Of a stretch of DNA of 64,000 nucleotides, positions 39,082 to 49,534 are shown one piece after another (within the stretch, counting starts at the first letter, position 1; the number at the start of each line of letters is the position of its first letter). Source of the stretch: an uncultured Chitinophagaceae bacterium. GTDB taxonomy: Bacteria; Bacteroidota; Ignavibacteria; UBA10030; UBA8401. The stretch lies in assembly GCA_964371615.1 (NCBI GenBank), contig CAYJMS010000001.1:624436-688435 (forward strand), read 5' to 3'. Under the pieces are notes generated by a model, which worked only from the letters and a program-made list of their open reading frames with translations, was not told the DNA's origin and did not search any database. The translations under genes were made by a program, and so were the position numbers.

Positions 39082-40920
39082 ATGGATATTCCACCGTATA
39101 TTAAACACCACGGCATCAGGGAGTGGGTAAAGGAAATTGCAGATCTTACCAAACCCGCTTCGGTGCATTGGTGTGACGGTTCTCAGGAAGAGAACGACCG
39201 GCTATGTGAATTGATGGTACAGTCCGGCACATTCACACGGCTGAATCCGCAAAAACGTCCGAACAGTTATCTTGCCCTCTCCGATCCCTCCGATGTGGCC
39301 CGTGTTGAAGACCGGACATATATCTGCAGCGCGCGGCGCAGCGACTCAGGTCCCACCAACAACTGGGTCGATCCCAAAGAAATGAAAAGCACTTTAAAGG
39401 GTATTTTTGACGGTTGTATGCAGGGCCGGACCATGTACGTCGTCCCGTTCAGCATGGGACCGATAGGATCAAAAATCGCTCACATCGGCGTAGAAATTAC
39501 CGATTCGCCGTACGTGGTCGTCAGTATGAGAATTATGGCGCGCATGGGTAAACAGGTCTATGACGTTCTCGGTGAAGCGGGAGAATTCGTCCCCGCCGTG
39601 CATTCCGTGGGGTTGCCATTGGCGCCGGGACAAAAAGATGTGCCGTGGCCGTGCAATAAAGAAAAAAAATACATCGTTCATTTCCCCGAAGAACGGAGTA
39701 TCTGGTCGTTCGGCAGCGGATACGGCGGCAATGCGTTGCTCGGAAAAAAGTGTTTTGCATTGCGGATCGCATCGGTGATGGCGCGCGACGAAGGGTGGCT
39801 TGCGGAACATATGCTGATCCTCGGCGTTGAATCGCCAAAGGGACAAAAGACATATATCGCAGCGGCATTTCCGAGTGCGTGCGGTAAAACGAATTTTGCC
39901 ATGCTCATTCCTCCGTCGTCATTCAGCGATTGGAAAGTGACAACAATCGGCGATGACATCGCATGGATAAAACCGGGGCACGACGGCAAATTGTACGCCA
40001 TCAATCCGGAAGCGGGATATTTTGGCGTCGCTCCCGGCACGTCGGAGAAGACTAATCCGAACGCCATGACGACGATCTCGAAAAATACGATCTTCACCAA
40101 TGTAGCGTTGACGCCGGACGGAGACGTTTGGTGGGAAGGAATGACCAAGGTGCCTCCGCCGAAGCTGATCGATTGGCAGGGGAAAGAGTGGACACCTGAT
40201 TGCGGCAGAGTCGCCGCACATCCAAATGCACGGTTCACCGCACCGGCGCATCAGTGTCCGTCGATCGACAAGGATTGGGAAAATCCCGACGGCGTTCCGA
40301 TCAGTGCATTCGTCTTTGGAGGACGGAGAACCAATACTGTGCCGCTGGTAGTGCAGGCATTCAACTGGAATTTCGGCGTGTATATGGCGGCGACGATGGG
40401 ATCAGAAACTACCGCTGCCAATGCAGGAAATACGGGCGAAGTTCGTCGGGACCCGATGGCGATGCTCCCATTTTGCGGATACCACATGGCTGATTATTTC
40501 AACCATTGGCTGCAAATGGGGAGGATGATCCATAATCCGCCGCGCATTTTTAATGTCAACTGGTTTCTGAAAGACAAAGAGGGAAATTTTCTCTGGCCCG
40601 GATTTGGTGAAAACATGCGCGTATTGAAGTGGATCGTTGAACGTGTACACGGGCAGGCTTTTGCAATCGAATCACCGCTTGGCTGGATGCCGCGATATGA
40701 AGATATGGATTGGTCCGGAAGGCCCGGAGTGACACAGCACCAATTCTTCTCCGTTATGTCTGTCGATCGTGAATTGTGGAAAAAAGAGATATTGCTGCAG
40801 GAAGAACTCTTCATCAAACTGTACGATAAACTCCCCAAGGAATTCGTCCTCATTCGGGAACTGCTCCTCTCCCAACTCTGGAGATCGCCGGAACGGTGGG
40901 AGATGGAGAAGGACACTTAA
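39082..40920 (+). CDS. pckG: Phosphoenolpyruvate carboxykinase (GTP).
   Basis: GTP-PEPCK signatures: kinase-1a [35 protein letters not shown], and a [10 protein letters not shown] segment. Size is 612 aa. Confidence 0.9.
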   Translation: MDIPPYIKHHGIREWVKEIADLTKPASVHWCDGSQEENDRLCELMVQSGTFTRLNPQKRPNSYLALSDPSDVARVEDRTYICSARRSDSGPTNNWVDPKEMKSTLKGIFDGCMQGRTMYVVPFSMGPIGSKIAHIGVEITDSPYVVVSMRIMARMGKQVYDVLGEAGEFVPAVHSVGLPLAPGQKDVPWPCNKEKKYIVHFPEERSIWSFGSGYGGNALLGKKCFALRIASVMARDEGWLAEHMLILGVESPKGQKTYIAAAFPSACGKTNFAMLIPPSSFSDWKVTTIGDDIAWIKPGHDGKLYAINPEAGYFGVAPGTSEKTNPNAMTTISKNTIFTNVALTPDGDVWWEGMTKVPPPKLIDWQGKEWTPDCGRVAAHPNARFTAPAHQCPSIDKDWENPDGVPISAFVFGGRRTNTVPLVVQAFNWNFGVYMAATMGSETTAANAGNTGEVRRDPMAMLPFCGYHMADYFNHWLQMGRMIHNPPRIFNVNWFLKDKEGNFLWPGFGENMRVLKWIVERVHGQAFAIESPLGWMPRYEDMDWSGRPGVTQHQFFSVMSVDRELWKKEILLQEELFIKLYDKLPKEFVLIRELLLSQLWRSPERWEMEKDT

Positions 40921-40944
40921 CAATTCAGTGGAATACAATAACAG

Positions 40945-40977
40945 TGCCTGACTCCACGTCGGGCATTGTGCATTTTC
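40945..40977 (+). terminator. Probable rho-independent terminator after pckG.
   Basis: TGCCTGAC-tccac-GTCGGGCA (one G-U pair) followed by TTGTGCATTTTC. Confidence 0.45.
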
Positions 40978-41067
40978 AGGAATAAGAATTTTCCCCTGTT
41001 TTTCCCAATATTTATAACCCTCCTACCTAAAATCATACAATTCCCTAAGATTACTACATTTTATGGA

Positions 41068-41083
41068 CGGCACACTCTTTGCA
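41068..41083 (+). promoter_or_regulatory. Sigma54 (-24/-12) promoter: cGGCAC-N5-TTGCA.
   Basis: GG at 41069-41070 and GC at 41081-41082, with the exact 11-nt register of the TGGCACG-N4-TTGCW consensus. Positions 2-6 and 12-16 match the consensus. It lies 32 nt upstream of the tonB-family ATG and about 2 kb downstream of a sigma54-EBP gene. Confidence 0.55.
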
Positions 41084-41114
41084 TTTTAAATCACTGGAAG
41101 AAAGGAGTGTACCT

Positions 41115-41933
41115 ATGGGACATCCTATTTCTTACAAAGCCGGCGGTTTTCATTTGCCGCATTTACACAAGAAAAATTCTTCCGCGGTAACTGTGGTATC
41201 GTATTCGATCGATGATGCCCGGCGGGATCTCCGTCGTGCACTACGATTGAATTTGGAACGCGGTCTGATGTTTTCAGCGATCATTCATGTTCTTGCGGTG
41301 GCCGGGTATTATGCCTTTGAGTATGCAAGGACACTGACTGAGGAAGAGCCGGTTGTCAGAGTTCGCATCATGAAGTACAGCGACCTGGGACCGCCGCCGT
41401 CGATTACCAACTCCATGAGTGCACCGGTGGTCGGAGTTGCCCGGTTCGGAAAGCCGAGTATCGGAATGCCGATTCCGGTACCGGATGCCGAAATCAATCC
41501 CGAACAGACTATTGCAACGCAGGCTGAAATGAGTTCGGTGGTGGGACCGGGAATAGAAACCGGAGCGGAAGAAGGAGGGGGAGCAATTCAGATTACCGAT
41601 GACATTTCGATTGAAGAGGATGAACCGGGCATGGGAGAATTCGTCCCGGTGGAAAAATCTCCGCAGATCGTTCAATCGGTCCGACCGGAGTATCCGGAGA
41701 TTGCACGCAGGGCAGGAATTGAAGCGACTGTGTGGGTGAATATTTTAGTGGACAAGAAGGGGAAGCCGAAGAGGGCTGTTGTCGTGAAAGAAGACGGTGC
41801 GGGGGTTTTTAATGACGCCGCAATCAAGGCAGCAATGGCATACCAGTTTACTCCTGCAGTCATGAACAGCGGCCCGGTGCAGGTATGGGTGTCGATCAAA
41901 TTCAAATTCACGCTGATCAGTACCAATAAATAA
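41115..41933 (+). CDS. TonB-family energy transducer (C-terminal TonB domain).
   Basis: AAAGGAG RBS at 41101-41107 and ATG at 41115. N-terminal TM segment LMFSAIIHVLAVAGYYAF. The C-terminal TonB fold is recognizable (…VRPEYPEIARRAGIEATVWVNILVDKKGKPKRAVVVKEDGAGVFNDAAIKAAMAYQFTPA…). The listed ORF start at 41079 is a TTG inside the sigma54 promoter. Confidence 0.7.
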   Translation: MGHPISYKAGGFHLPHLHKKNSSAVTVVSYSIDDARRDLRRALRLNLERGLMFSAIIHVLAVAGYYAFEYARTLTEEEPVVRVRIMKYSDLGPPPSITNSMSAPVVGVARFGKPSIGMPIPVPDAEINPEQTIATQAEMSSVVGPGIETGAEEGGGAIQITDDISIEEDEPGMGEFVPVEKSPQIVQSVRPEYPEIARRAGIEATVWVNILVDKKGKPKRAVVVKEDGAGVFNDAAIKAAMAYQFTPAVMNSGPVQVWVSIKFKFTLISTNK

Positions 41934-41975
41934 CGTTGTCGGCGTACACTTTCAGAAAAATCAGAAAAAAACTTT

Positions 41976-43319
41976 ATGCGACGCGCCTACAGAAGCCACA
42001 CGCTCAGTTCGTTTCCCAGAATAAACTATACGAACGAATATGCTTCAAAATGTATTCCGATAGACCAGGCGGCATCACTGGTGACCTCCGGTGACAATGT
42101 CTTTGTCAGCGGAAATGCGGCATCACCGGCAGATTTTATGAAGGCACTGGCAAAACGCCGTGAAGTGCTGAACGGCGTGTCGATTTATCATTTGCTCTTG
42201 CTGGGTGAGGATCCGATCGCCGATGACTCATTTCGCGATCATATTCAACATGCATCATTTTTTGTCGGTCAGGCAGAACGGCCTGCGGTGATGAAAGGTC
42301 AATCGGACTACATACCGATCTTCCTTTCGGAAATTCCATCCGTTATTTCCTCCGGTGCGATCCCGATGGATGTCGTGTATGTGATGGTGTCGCCGCCGGA
42401 CGATTATGGATTCATGAGCCTGGGAGTTGAGTGTGCCGCCTCAAAAACGGCGGTGGAATACGGCAAAAAAGTGATAGTGCAGGTAAACGATCAAATGCCG
42501 CGCACGCACGGCGACACGTTCGTGCACGTCTCCGATGTCGATTTTATCGTTGAATTATCCAATCCGCTGATAGAATTGGAAATTCCCGAATTCACCGATG
42601 TGGAACGCAGAATCGCACAATATATCGCTCCGCTTATTGAAGACGGTTCGACCATGCAACTCGGTATCGGCGGAATTCCCAATGCCGTGCTCTCGGAATT
42701 GGAAGGGAAACATGACCTTGGCATCCATACAGAAATGGTCTCCGACGGGATGCTGCATGCAATCGAGAGGGGGATCGTAACGAACGCACGAAAAACGATC
42801 CATCATAAAAAAGCGGTTGCCACGTTTACATTGGGAACCAAACGGCTGTATGAATTCGTCAATGACAATCCGATGTTCGAATTCCTGCCGACCAATTATA
42901 CCAACAATCCGTTTATCATTGCTCAGAACGACAAGATGGTTTCGATCAATTCTGCATTAGAGATCGATATCACCGGTCAGGTGTGCGCCGATTCAATGGG
43001 TACGTCGATTTACAGCGGATTCGGCGGACAGCTCGACTTTGTGCGCGGAACCTGTGCCTCCAAAGGCGGAAAGGCGATCATTGCATTGCCATCGACCGCC
43101 AAGGACGGCGCCTACAGCCGCATTGTACCGATGCTGAAACCGGGCGCCGGCGTGGTCACCACCCGGGGCGACGTACGGTATGTTGTGACGGAATTCGGCG
43201 TGGCGTATCTTTTCGGCAAGAATCTCAGGCAGCGTGCTGACGCACTGATCAATATTGCCCATCCGGCGTTCCGGGAAGAACTGGCAAAAGAAGTACACAA
43301 ACGTTACGGAGGAAAATAA
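41976..43319 (+). CDS. Acetyl-CoA hydrolase/transferase-family protein (4-hydroxybutyrate / acetate CoA-transferase-like).
   Basis: N- and C-terminal CoA-transferase motifs (…SGDNVFVSGNAASPADFMKALAKR…, …EIDITGQVCADSMGTSIYSGFGGQLDFVRG…). Confidence 0.8.
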   Translation: MRRAYRSHTLSSFPRINYTNEYASKCIPIDQAASLVTSGDNVFVSGNAASPADFMKALAKRREVLNGVSIYHLLLLGEDPIADDSFRDHIQHASFFVGQAERPAVMKGQSDYIPIFLSEIPSVISSGAIPMDVVYVMVSPPDDYGFMSLGVECAASKTAVEYGKKVIVQVNDQMPRTHGDTFVHVSDVDFIVELSNPLIELEIPEFTDVERRIAQYIAPLIEDGSTMQLGIGGIPNAVLSELEGKHDLGIHTEMVSDGMLHAIERGIVTNARKTIHHKKAVATFTLGTKRLYEFVNDNPMFEFLPTNYTNNPFIIAQNDKMVSINSALEIDITGQVCADSMGTSIYSGFGGQLDFVRGTCASKGGKAIIALPSTAKDGAYSRIVPMLKPGAGVVTTRGDVRYVVTEFGVAYLFGKNLRQRADALINIAHPAFREELAKEVHKRYGGK

Positions 43320-43559
43320 TTGTCACGTGAGCTGAAAATACACACGGCAGATATTGAGGCGATTCTGGAGGATCAGAAATCGCTGAGCGCATTGTCGCTG
43401 GAGGTTGAGCGGGTGTTACGTTTTTACGAGGAACACCCGAATTATCCTCTGGATATCGCAAAATTACGCACCAAAGTCATGGAAGTGTATTCGAAAGTGA
43501 ACAAATCCATCGATGACCTTCAAAAACTGCAGCAGGAAGAACGTAAAAGTTCGCAGTAG
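43320..43559 (+). CDS. Small (79 aa) coiled-coil protein, hypothetical.
   Basis: The ORF is tightly packed between the CoA-transferase and the usp gene (0 nt and 11 nt gaps) with heptad-like composition. No recognizable domain. Confidence 0.35.
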   Translation: MSRELKIHTADIEAILEDQKSLSALSLEVERVLRFYEEHPNYPLDIAKLRTKVMEVYSKVNKSIDDLQKLQQEERKSSQ

Positions 43560-43570
43560 GGAGTACTGTT

Positions 43571-44065
43571 ATGATCCATATTAAAAAAATACTTGTCACC
43601 ACCGATCTTTCGGAAGAATCTCGAACGGCCATGGAATATGCAGCGTGGCTTGCATCAATCGAACATTCCTCCGTTACGCTGTTTTATTGCGTAGACAATA
43701 TTCCTTCAGTAGCATACCATACCGTCGATCTGACATTTGATAAGTTCCATGCCGAATTGTTGAAACAGGAACAACAACGCCTGAATGCCTTTGCGGATTC
43801 CCTGCATAAGACCGTAAAACTGCAATTCGATGTGGTGATGATGGAAGGGAATGCCTCCCGCATGATCATCCGGTATGCCGAAAAGCATAAATATGATTTC
43901 ATCGTCATGAATACTCACGGCAGAACTGGAATACAACATGCTGTATTGGGGAGTATTTCCGAAAAAGTGGTCCGACAGGCACCCTGTCCCGTAATTACCA
44001 TTCGATCAACGACAAAAAGGAAGAATTCTCATAAAGTATCGCATAAAAAAGCCAGTACTCATTAA
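43571..44065 (+). CDS. Universal stress protein (UspA family).
   Basis: N-terminus KKILVTTDLSEESRTAMEYAAWLA. ATP-binding motif …MNTHGRTGIQHAVLGSISEKVVRQAPCPVITIR. Confidence 0.8.
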   Translation: MIHIKKILVTTDLSEESRTAMEYAAWLASIEHSSVTLFYCVDNIPSVAYHTVDLTFDKFHAELLKQEQQRLNAFADSLHKTVKLQFDVVMMEGNASRMIIRYAEKHKYDFIVMNTHGRTGIQHAVLGSISEKVVRQAPCPVITIRSTTKRKNSHKVSHKKASTH

Positions 44066-44086
44066 TATTTCTCCTACCTCCTCCTG

Positions 44087-44118
44087 TCCCCCGCCGAATT
44101 ATGCGGGGGATTTTTATT
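44087..44118 (+). terminator. Rho-independent terminator ending the sigma54-driven operon.
   Basis: CCCCCGC-cgaattat-GCGGGGG followed by ATTTTTATTTTC. Confidence 0.8.
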
Positions 44119-44238
44119 TTCTCCCGATACTCGCGATCATTTTTTATGCCCAATTCGGTTAATTTCTCGATAAGACAAATATCTTGTTTTATTGTTTTTA
44201 GGGAGATAAAGAATTATATTTCCTTTTACTCTTGAATA

Positions 44239-44934
44239 ATGATAGCCGAAAACGTTAAAAACATTAGAGAAAGCATCGCGGCAACGTGCTATCGGATTGG
44301 AAGAGACCCGCAAACTGTTGATTTAATTGCAGTTAGCAAGACTTTCGGAGCCGAAGATATTTCAGTCGCCAATGATGCCGGTGTGAAGGATTTTGGCGAA
44401 AATTATGTCCAGGAGCTTGTCGGAAAAAGAGACCAATTATCCGGCCGGGATATTCATTGGCACTTTATCGGACATTTACAGACGAATAAGGTCAAGTATA
44501 TCGTCGACTGGATGTCTCTGATACAGTCGGTTGACAGCGACGGATTAGCGGCAGAGATCGAAAAAAGGGGGAGCAGTGCCGGAAAAATTGTCGATGTATT
44601 GATTGAAGTGAACACATCTGAAGAAGCAACCAAATTCGGCGTGAGACCTGCTCTGGCAATGGATTTAATCCGGGCGATAAATAATCGTCCGTCGTTACGG
44701 CTGAAAGGATTAATGACTATCGGGCCATTTTCCGATGTTGCCGAAGAGTCCAGAGCGTCATTCAGAACATTGAAAAATATTTTTGATCACGCCAATGCGG
44801 CAGGATTCCTCCGAACGCCGATGACTATTTTGTCGATGGGAATGACGCACGATTATCCCATAGCAATAGAAGAAGGTTCCACAATGGTCCGTGTCGGCAC
44901 GGCAATTTTCGGAACCCGAAAAAAAAGAGATTGA
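44239..44934 (+). CDS. yggS: YggS-family PLP-binding (PLP homeostasis) protein.
   Basis: DLIAVSKTFGAEDI (the PLP-binding lysine) and …HFIGHLQTNKVKYIV… motifs. Size is 231 aa. Confidence 0.85.
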   Translation: MIAENVKNIRESIAATCYRIGRDPQTVDLIAVSKTFGAEDISVANDAGVKDFGENYVQELVGKRDQLSGRDIHWHFIGHLQTNKVKYIVDWMSLIQSVDSDGLAAEIEKRGSSAGKIVDVLIEVNTSEEATKFGVRPALAMDLIRAINNRPSLRLKGLMTIGPFSDVAEESRASFRTLKNIFDHANAAGFLRTPMTILSMGMTHDYPIAIEEGSTMVRVGTAIFGTRKKRD

Positions 44935-44967
44935 GTTGTTGATTGTTTCATAATCGAAAGGCGCACT

Positions 44968-45495
44968 ATGAAAATTACACCGTTAGACATCAAAAAGCAG
45001 GAATTTAAGAAGGTATTGCGTGGGTACGATCCGATTGAAGTGGATGCCTTTCTCGATGCTCTCTCGAACGAATTTTCAGATCTCCTGAAGCAGCTGAAGG
45101 AATTGAGGGAACAATACATCGAGATGGAGATACAGCTGCGGGATTATAAGCAGAAAGAGCGGGATCTTCAGCAGATACTTATGCAGGCACAGGAAACAAG
45201 CGCCCGTTCGATAGAAAATTCCAGAAAAGAAGCGGAGTTGATAATTCAGGAAGCGGAATTGAAGGCCAGCCAGATTATCGACCATGGCAGAATTGAAGTG
45301 ATGCACGCAAAAGAGGAATTATCGAATCTTAAAGCCAAAAAGGATGTCCTGGTCAGCCGCATGAAGGTGCTGTTGAGTTCCGAAATGGAGATGATCAAAG
45401 CCCTGGAATCGGAAGAGGATAAAACGGCGATAGATCCGGGGCTCGGTACAGGAAAAGAGAATTTTCATATTGATGAAGTGTTAAAGAAATTATAA
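44968..45495 (+). CDS. DivIVA-domain cell-division protein.
   Basis: N-terminus [30 protein letters not shown] followed by a coiled coil. Confidence 0.8.
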   Translation: MKITPLDIKKQEFKKVLRGYDPIEVDAFLDALSNEFSDLLKQLKELREQYIEMEIQLRDYKQKERDLQQILMQAQETSARSIENSRKEAELIIQEAELKASQIIDHGRIEVMHAKEELSNLKAKKDVLVSRMKVLLSSEMEMIKALESEEDKTAIDPGLGTGKENFHIDEVLKKL

Positions 45496-46316
45496 TGTCT
45501 ATACTCCAGCAGAAAATCGACGACGCGCTCGCATTTATCCGTACGCGAACCGCAGCCGAACCAACGGTCGGTATCATACTCGGCACCGGGCTTGGCGGTT
45601 TGGTCAAGGAAATTCGGATCGATACCGTGATTGACTATGCGGATATTCCGCATTTCCCGCTCTCGACAGTGGAATCCCATAAGGGAAAATTGATTTTTGG
45701 GAGCATCGGCGGAAAATCGATCGTTGCAATGCAGGGGCGTTTTCATTTTTACGAGGGATACTCGATGCAGCAGGTGACGTTTCCGGTCCGGGTGATGAAA
45801 TTTCTCGGCGTCAAAACTCTGTTGATATCGAACGCAGCCGGTGGTATGAATCCTCACTTTAGTAAGGGGGATATCATGATCATCACCGATCATATTAACC
45901 TGCTGGGGGATAATCCATTAATCGGTCCGAATGAAGACCACCTTGGCCCGCGGTTTCCGGATATGTCGGAACCGTATTCAAAGGAACTGATTGCCCTGGC
46001 CGAACACGTGGCGCAGGAATTGAACATCCGGCTGCAAAAAGGGGTCTTTATCGCTTTGACCGGGCCGACGCTGGAAACACGCGCCGAATATCGGTTTCTT
46101 CGGATGATCGGGGCGGATGTGGTCGGTATGTCCACCGTTCCGGAGGTCATCGTCGCCGTTCATCAGTCCATGCGCGTGCTTGGATTCTCGATCATGACCG
46201 ACGAATGTTTTCCCGACACACTGCAGCCGGTGTCGCTGCAGGAAGTGATCGCGGTCGCAAATACAGCGGAACCAAAATTAACGGCAATTATGAAAGAAGT
46301 GGTACAACGGTTATAA
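45495..46316 (+). CDS. Purine-nucleoside phosphorylase (PNP / MTAP family, PunA-type).
   Basis: GIILGTGLG phosphate-binding loop. [16 protein letters not shown] motif. Confidence 0.85.
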   Translation: MSILQQKIDDALAFIRTRTAAEPTVGIILGTGLGGLVKEIRIDTVIDYADIPHFPLSTVESHKGKLIFGSIGGKSIVAMQGRFHFYEGYSMQQVTFPVRVMKFLGVKTLLISNAAGGMNPHFSKGDIMIITDHINLLGDNPLIGPNEDHLGPRFPDMSEPYSKELIALAEHVAQELNIRLQKGVFIALTGPTLETRAEYRFLRMIGADVVGMSTVPEVIVAVHQSMRVLGFSIMTDECFPDTLQPVSLQEVIAVANTAEPKLTAIMKEVVQRL

Positions 46317-46317
46317 C

Positions 46318-49300
46318 ATGTTTAAAGAACTCACAGACAAAATTCAATACGCGGCAGTCGAAAAAGAAATTCTGAAATTCTGGGAAGAGAATAATATCTT
46401 CGACCGAAGCATTACCACCCGCGAGGGAAAACCGCTCTATACATTTTACGAAGGCCCGCCCACGGCAAACGGCAAACCGGGAATTCACCATGTGATGGCG
46501 CGGACGCTGAAGGATGCGTTCTGCCGGTACAAGACCATGAGCGGATATCAGGTGCATCGGAAGGCGGGATGGGACACCCACGGACTTCCGGTGGAGATCG
46601 AAGTCGAAAAACAAATCGGCATCAAGCATAAGGATGAGATCCTCGATTACGGGGTGGAAAAGTTTAACAAAGCGTGCCGCGAGTCGGTGTGGAAATACAA
46701 AGTGGACTGGGAACAAATGACCCGCGAAATGGGGTACTGGGTCGATCTGCACCATCCGTATGTCACGTTCGAAAACAATTATATTGAGTCCATCTGGTGG
46801 GCTTTAAAAAGATATTTCGACGCCGACATGATCTACCGCGGATACAAGATCCAGCCGTATTGCCCCCGTTGTGAAACGCCGCTCTCATCGCACGAAGTTG
46901 CACTCGGATACAAGGATGTCAAGGATCCGAGCGTGTATGTCAAGATGCGGCTCAAGGAAGACCCGCATACGTCATTCCTGGTCTGGACGACGACCCCCTG
47001 GACCCTCATCTCGAATGTCGCACTGGCGGTGCATCCCGACATCGAGTACGTCAAGATAGAATTGTTGCATAGCGAAGGGGAAGAAACTTCGCCGACCGGA
47101 GAATTTCTGATTCTGGCAACAGCGAGGCTGGAAGTCATAAAAGAGAAATACACCGTCGTACAGGAGTTGAAGGGAAAAGATCTGCTCGGCAAGGAATACG
47201 AACGACTATTTAATTATCACCAGGTAAAGGAAAAAGGGTGGTATGTTGTTGAGGCGGATTTCGTGACAACAGCGGATGGCTCCGGTATCGTACACATGGC
47301 GCCGGCGTACGGCGAAGACGACTATCAGACATGCCGAAAATACGGTCTGCCGACAATTCATCCCGTGAATAAATCGGGCGAATTCGAGGAAAGCGTCGTG
47401 GATTTCCGCGGCAAATTTGTGAAAGATGCCGATGCGGATATCATCCAGAACCTGAAACATCGCAATATTCTCTATCGAAAAGAGCAGTATCAGCATAGTT
47501 ATCCCCATTGCTGGCGTTGCACCTCGCCGTTACTGTATTATGCGCGCGATTCGTGGTATATTCGCACAACGGCATATGCACAGAGGATGATTGAATTGAA
47601 TAAAGAGATCAATTGGATCCCAAGCGAGGTTGGCGAAGGCCGGTTCGGGAACTGGCTCGAAGAAAACAAGGATTGGGCGTTGTCCCGTGATCGGTACTGG
47701 GGAACCCCGCTGCCGATCTGGGTATCGGCAGACGGCCGAACGAAAAAATGTGTCGGAAGTTTTGAGGACTTGATTGGTGCGGAATGGCTGGATGAATCGG
47801 GAACGCCGACCGGAAAGTCGTTTACCCGTGAAGATATCAAAACTCTCGATCCCCATAAACCGACAGTGGATCGACTGGCATTTAAGACCGCTAACGGTGA
47901 ATATCTTCGACGGACACCGGAACTGATCGACGTATGGTTCGATTCGGGCGCCATGCCGTTTGCTCAATGGCACTATCCGTTCGAGAACAAAGAGATTTTT
48001 GAAAAGAATTATCCTGCGGATTTCATATCCGAAGGAATCGACCAGACGCGAGGATGGTTTTATACGTTACACTCCATCGGTACATTCCTCTTCGATACGC
48101 CGGCGTACCGCAACGTTCTGGTCAACGAACTGATCCTCGACAAGAGCGGTCAGAAGATGTCCAAAACAAAAAAGAATACCGTCGATCCGTTTACCCTGAT
48201 TCACAAATACGGCGCGGATGCGACCCGGTGGTACCTGGTTTCGCAGTCGCCGGTCTGGCGGCCGACATTGTTCGATGAAGCGGGCATCGGAGAAGTGCAA
48301 CGGAAATTTTTCAGCACGCTGGTCAATACGTATTCCTTCTTTGCGTTGTATGCGAATATCGATTCCTTCAATTATCAGGAAGAGCGTGTTCCGGTGCGCG
48401 AACGCGCGGAAATCGACCGGTGGATTATTTCGTCTTTGAATACACTCGTGAAACAATACAGACAGTGTATGGACGAATATGATCTGACGAAGGCGTCGCG
48501 CGCCATCACGGATTTCACCCTCGACAATCTGTCGAACTGGTATGTTCGGAGGAACCGTCGACGGTTTTGGAAGAGTGAAAAAGGGAAGGATAAAACGGCG
48601 GCATATCAGACACTCTATGAGTGTCTCGACACCATCGTGAAATTATCCGCGCCGATTGCACCGTTTCTGGCCGATGAGATCTATAAAAATCTGCACAGTG
48701 TGTCTCGCAAAGAGGGATGTGAATCGGTGCACCTCGCGTTACTGCCCAATGTGGATGAAGCCGCAATCGATCCGGAACTCGAGGAGCGGATGGATTATGC
48801 CATCCGCATTGTTTCTCTGGTCCGTGCGATGCGGGTCAAATCGAACGTCAAGGTGCGGCAGCCGTTACAGAAGATCATTCTGCCGATCGCCGATCAGCGA
48901 CAGAAAGAAGAAATCAGGATGATGGAAGATGTTATCCTGGAAGAGATTAACGTCAAAGAGATCGAATTCGTGACGGACGATGCCGGCATTGTGAAAAAGT
49001 ATGCCAAGCCGAACTTTCGGACGCTTGGACAGAAATTCGGGAAACAGGTGCAGGCCGTTGCATCAAAGATCCGTACCATGAGTTCAGCGGAAATTTCCGA
49101 ACTTCAAAAAATCGGATCGACGACCTTCTCGGACAACGGTAATTCGTTCACCATCCAGAGGGAGGACGTTGAAATTCACCACGAGGACCTTCAGGGCTGG
49201 CAGGTCGAAACGGACGGAACGATTATGGTTGCGCTGGATACGGAGGTCACCCCGGAACTCCGGATCGAAGGGTATGCACGCGAATTTGTCAATCGGATTC

Positions 49301-49524
49301 AAAATCTGAGGAAAGATTCGGGACTGGAAGTGACCGACAGAATTTCCATTTCATTCAAAGCGGACGAGACACTGACAACGGCATTACTGTCCATGTCCGA
49401 TTATATCAAGCACGAGACGCTGGCTGTGGGTTTCACTCACGAAACCGTCAACGGCGAGTACACGGCGCGAGAAGACATCAACGGCGAAACGTGTGAGATC
49501 AGTATTCAAAAAATTTTACGGTAA
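46318..49524 (+). CDS. ileS: Isoleucine--tRNA ligase.
   Basis: HIGH-type motif (PPTANGKPGIHHVMARTLKD) and KMSKTKKN. Size is 1068 aa. Editing and anticodon-binding regions are recognizable. Confidence 0.95.
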   Translation: MFKELTDKIQYAAVEKEILKFWEENNIFDRSITTREGKPLYTFYEGPPTANGKPGIHHVMARTLKDAFCRYKTMSGYQVHRKAGWDTHGLPVEIEVEKQIGIKHKDEILDYGVEKFNKACRESVWKYKVDWEQMTREMGYWVDLHHPYVTFENNYIESIWWALKRYFDADMIYRGYKIQPYCPRCETPLSSHEVALGYKDVKDPSVYVKMRLKEDPHTSFLVWTTTPWTLISNVALAVHPDIEYVKIELLHSEGEETSPTGEFLILATARLEVIKEKYTVVQELKGKDLLGKEYERLFNYHQVKEKGWYVVEADFVTTADGSGIVHMAPAYGEDDYQTCRKYGLPTIHPVNKSGEFEESVVDFRGKFVKDADADIIQNLKHRNILYRKEQYQHSYPHCWRCTSPLLYYARDSWYIRTTAYAQRMIELNKEINWIPSEVGEGRFGNWLEENKDWALSRDRYWGTPLPIWVSADGRTKKCVGSFEDLIGAEWLDESGTPTGKSFTREDIKTLDPHKPTVDRLAFKTANGEYLRRTPELIDVWFDSGAMPFAQWHYPFENKEIFEKNYPADFISEGIDQTRGWFYTLHSIGTFLFDTPAYRNVLVNELILDKSGQKMSKTKKNTVDPFTLIHKYGADATRWYLVSQSPVWRPTLFDEAGIGEVQRKFFSTLVNTYSFFALYANIDSFNYQEERVPVRERAEIDRWIISSLNTLVKQYRQCMDEYDLTKASRAITDFTLDNLSNWYVRRNRRRFWKSEKGKDKTAAYQTLYECLDTIVKLSAPIAPFLADEIYKNLHSVSRKEGCESVHLALLPNVDEAAIDPELEERMDYAIRIVSLVRAMRVKSNVKVRQPLQKIILPIADQRQKEEIRMMEDVILEEINVKEIEFVTDDAGIVKKYAKPNFRTLGQKFGKQVQAVASKIRTMSSAEISELQKIGSTTFSDNGNSFTIQREDVEIHHEDLQGWQVETDGTIMVALDTEVTPELRIEGYAREFVNRIQNLRKDSGLEVTDRISISFKADETLTTALLSMSDYIKHETLAVGFTHETVNGEYTAREDINGETCEISIQKILR

Positions 49525-49534
49525 GGGAGCGACA

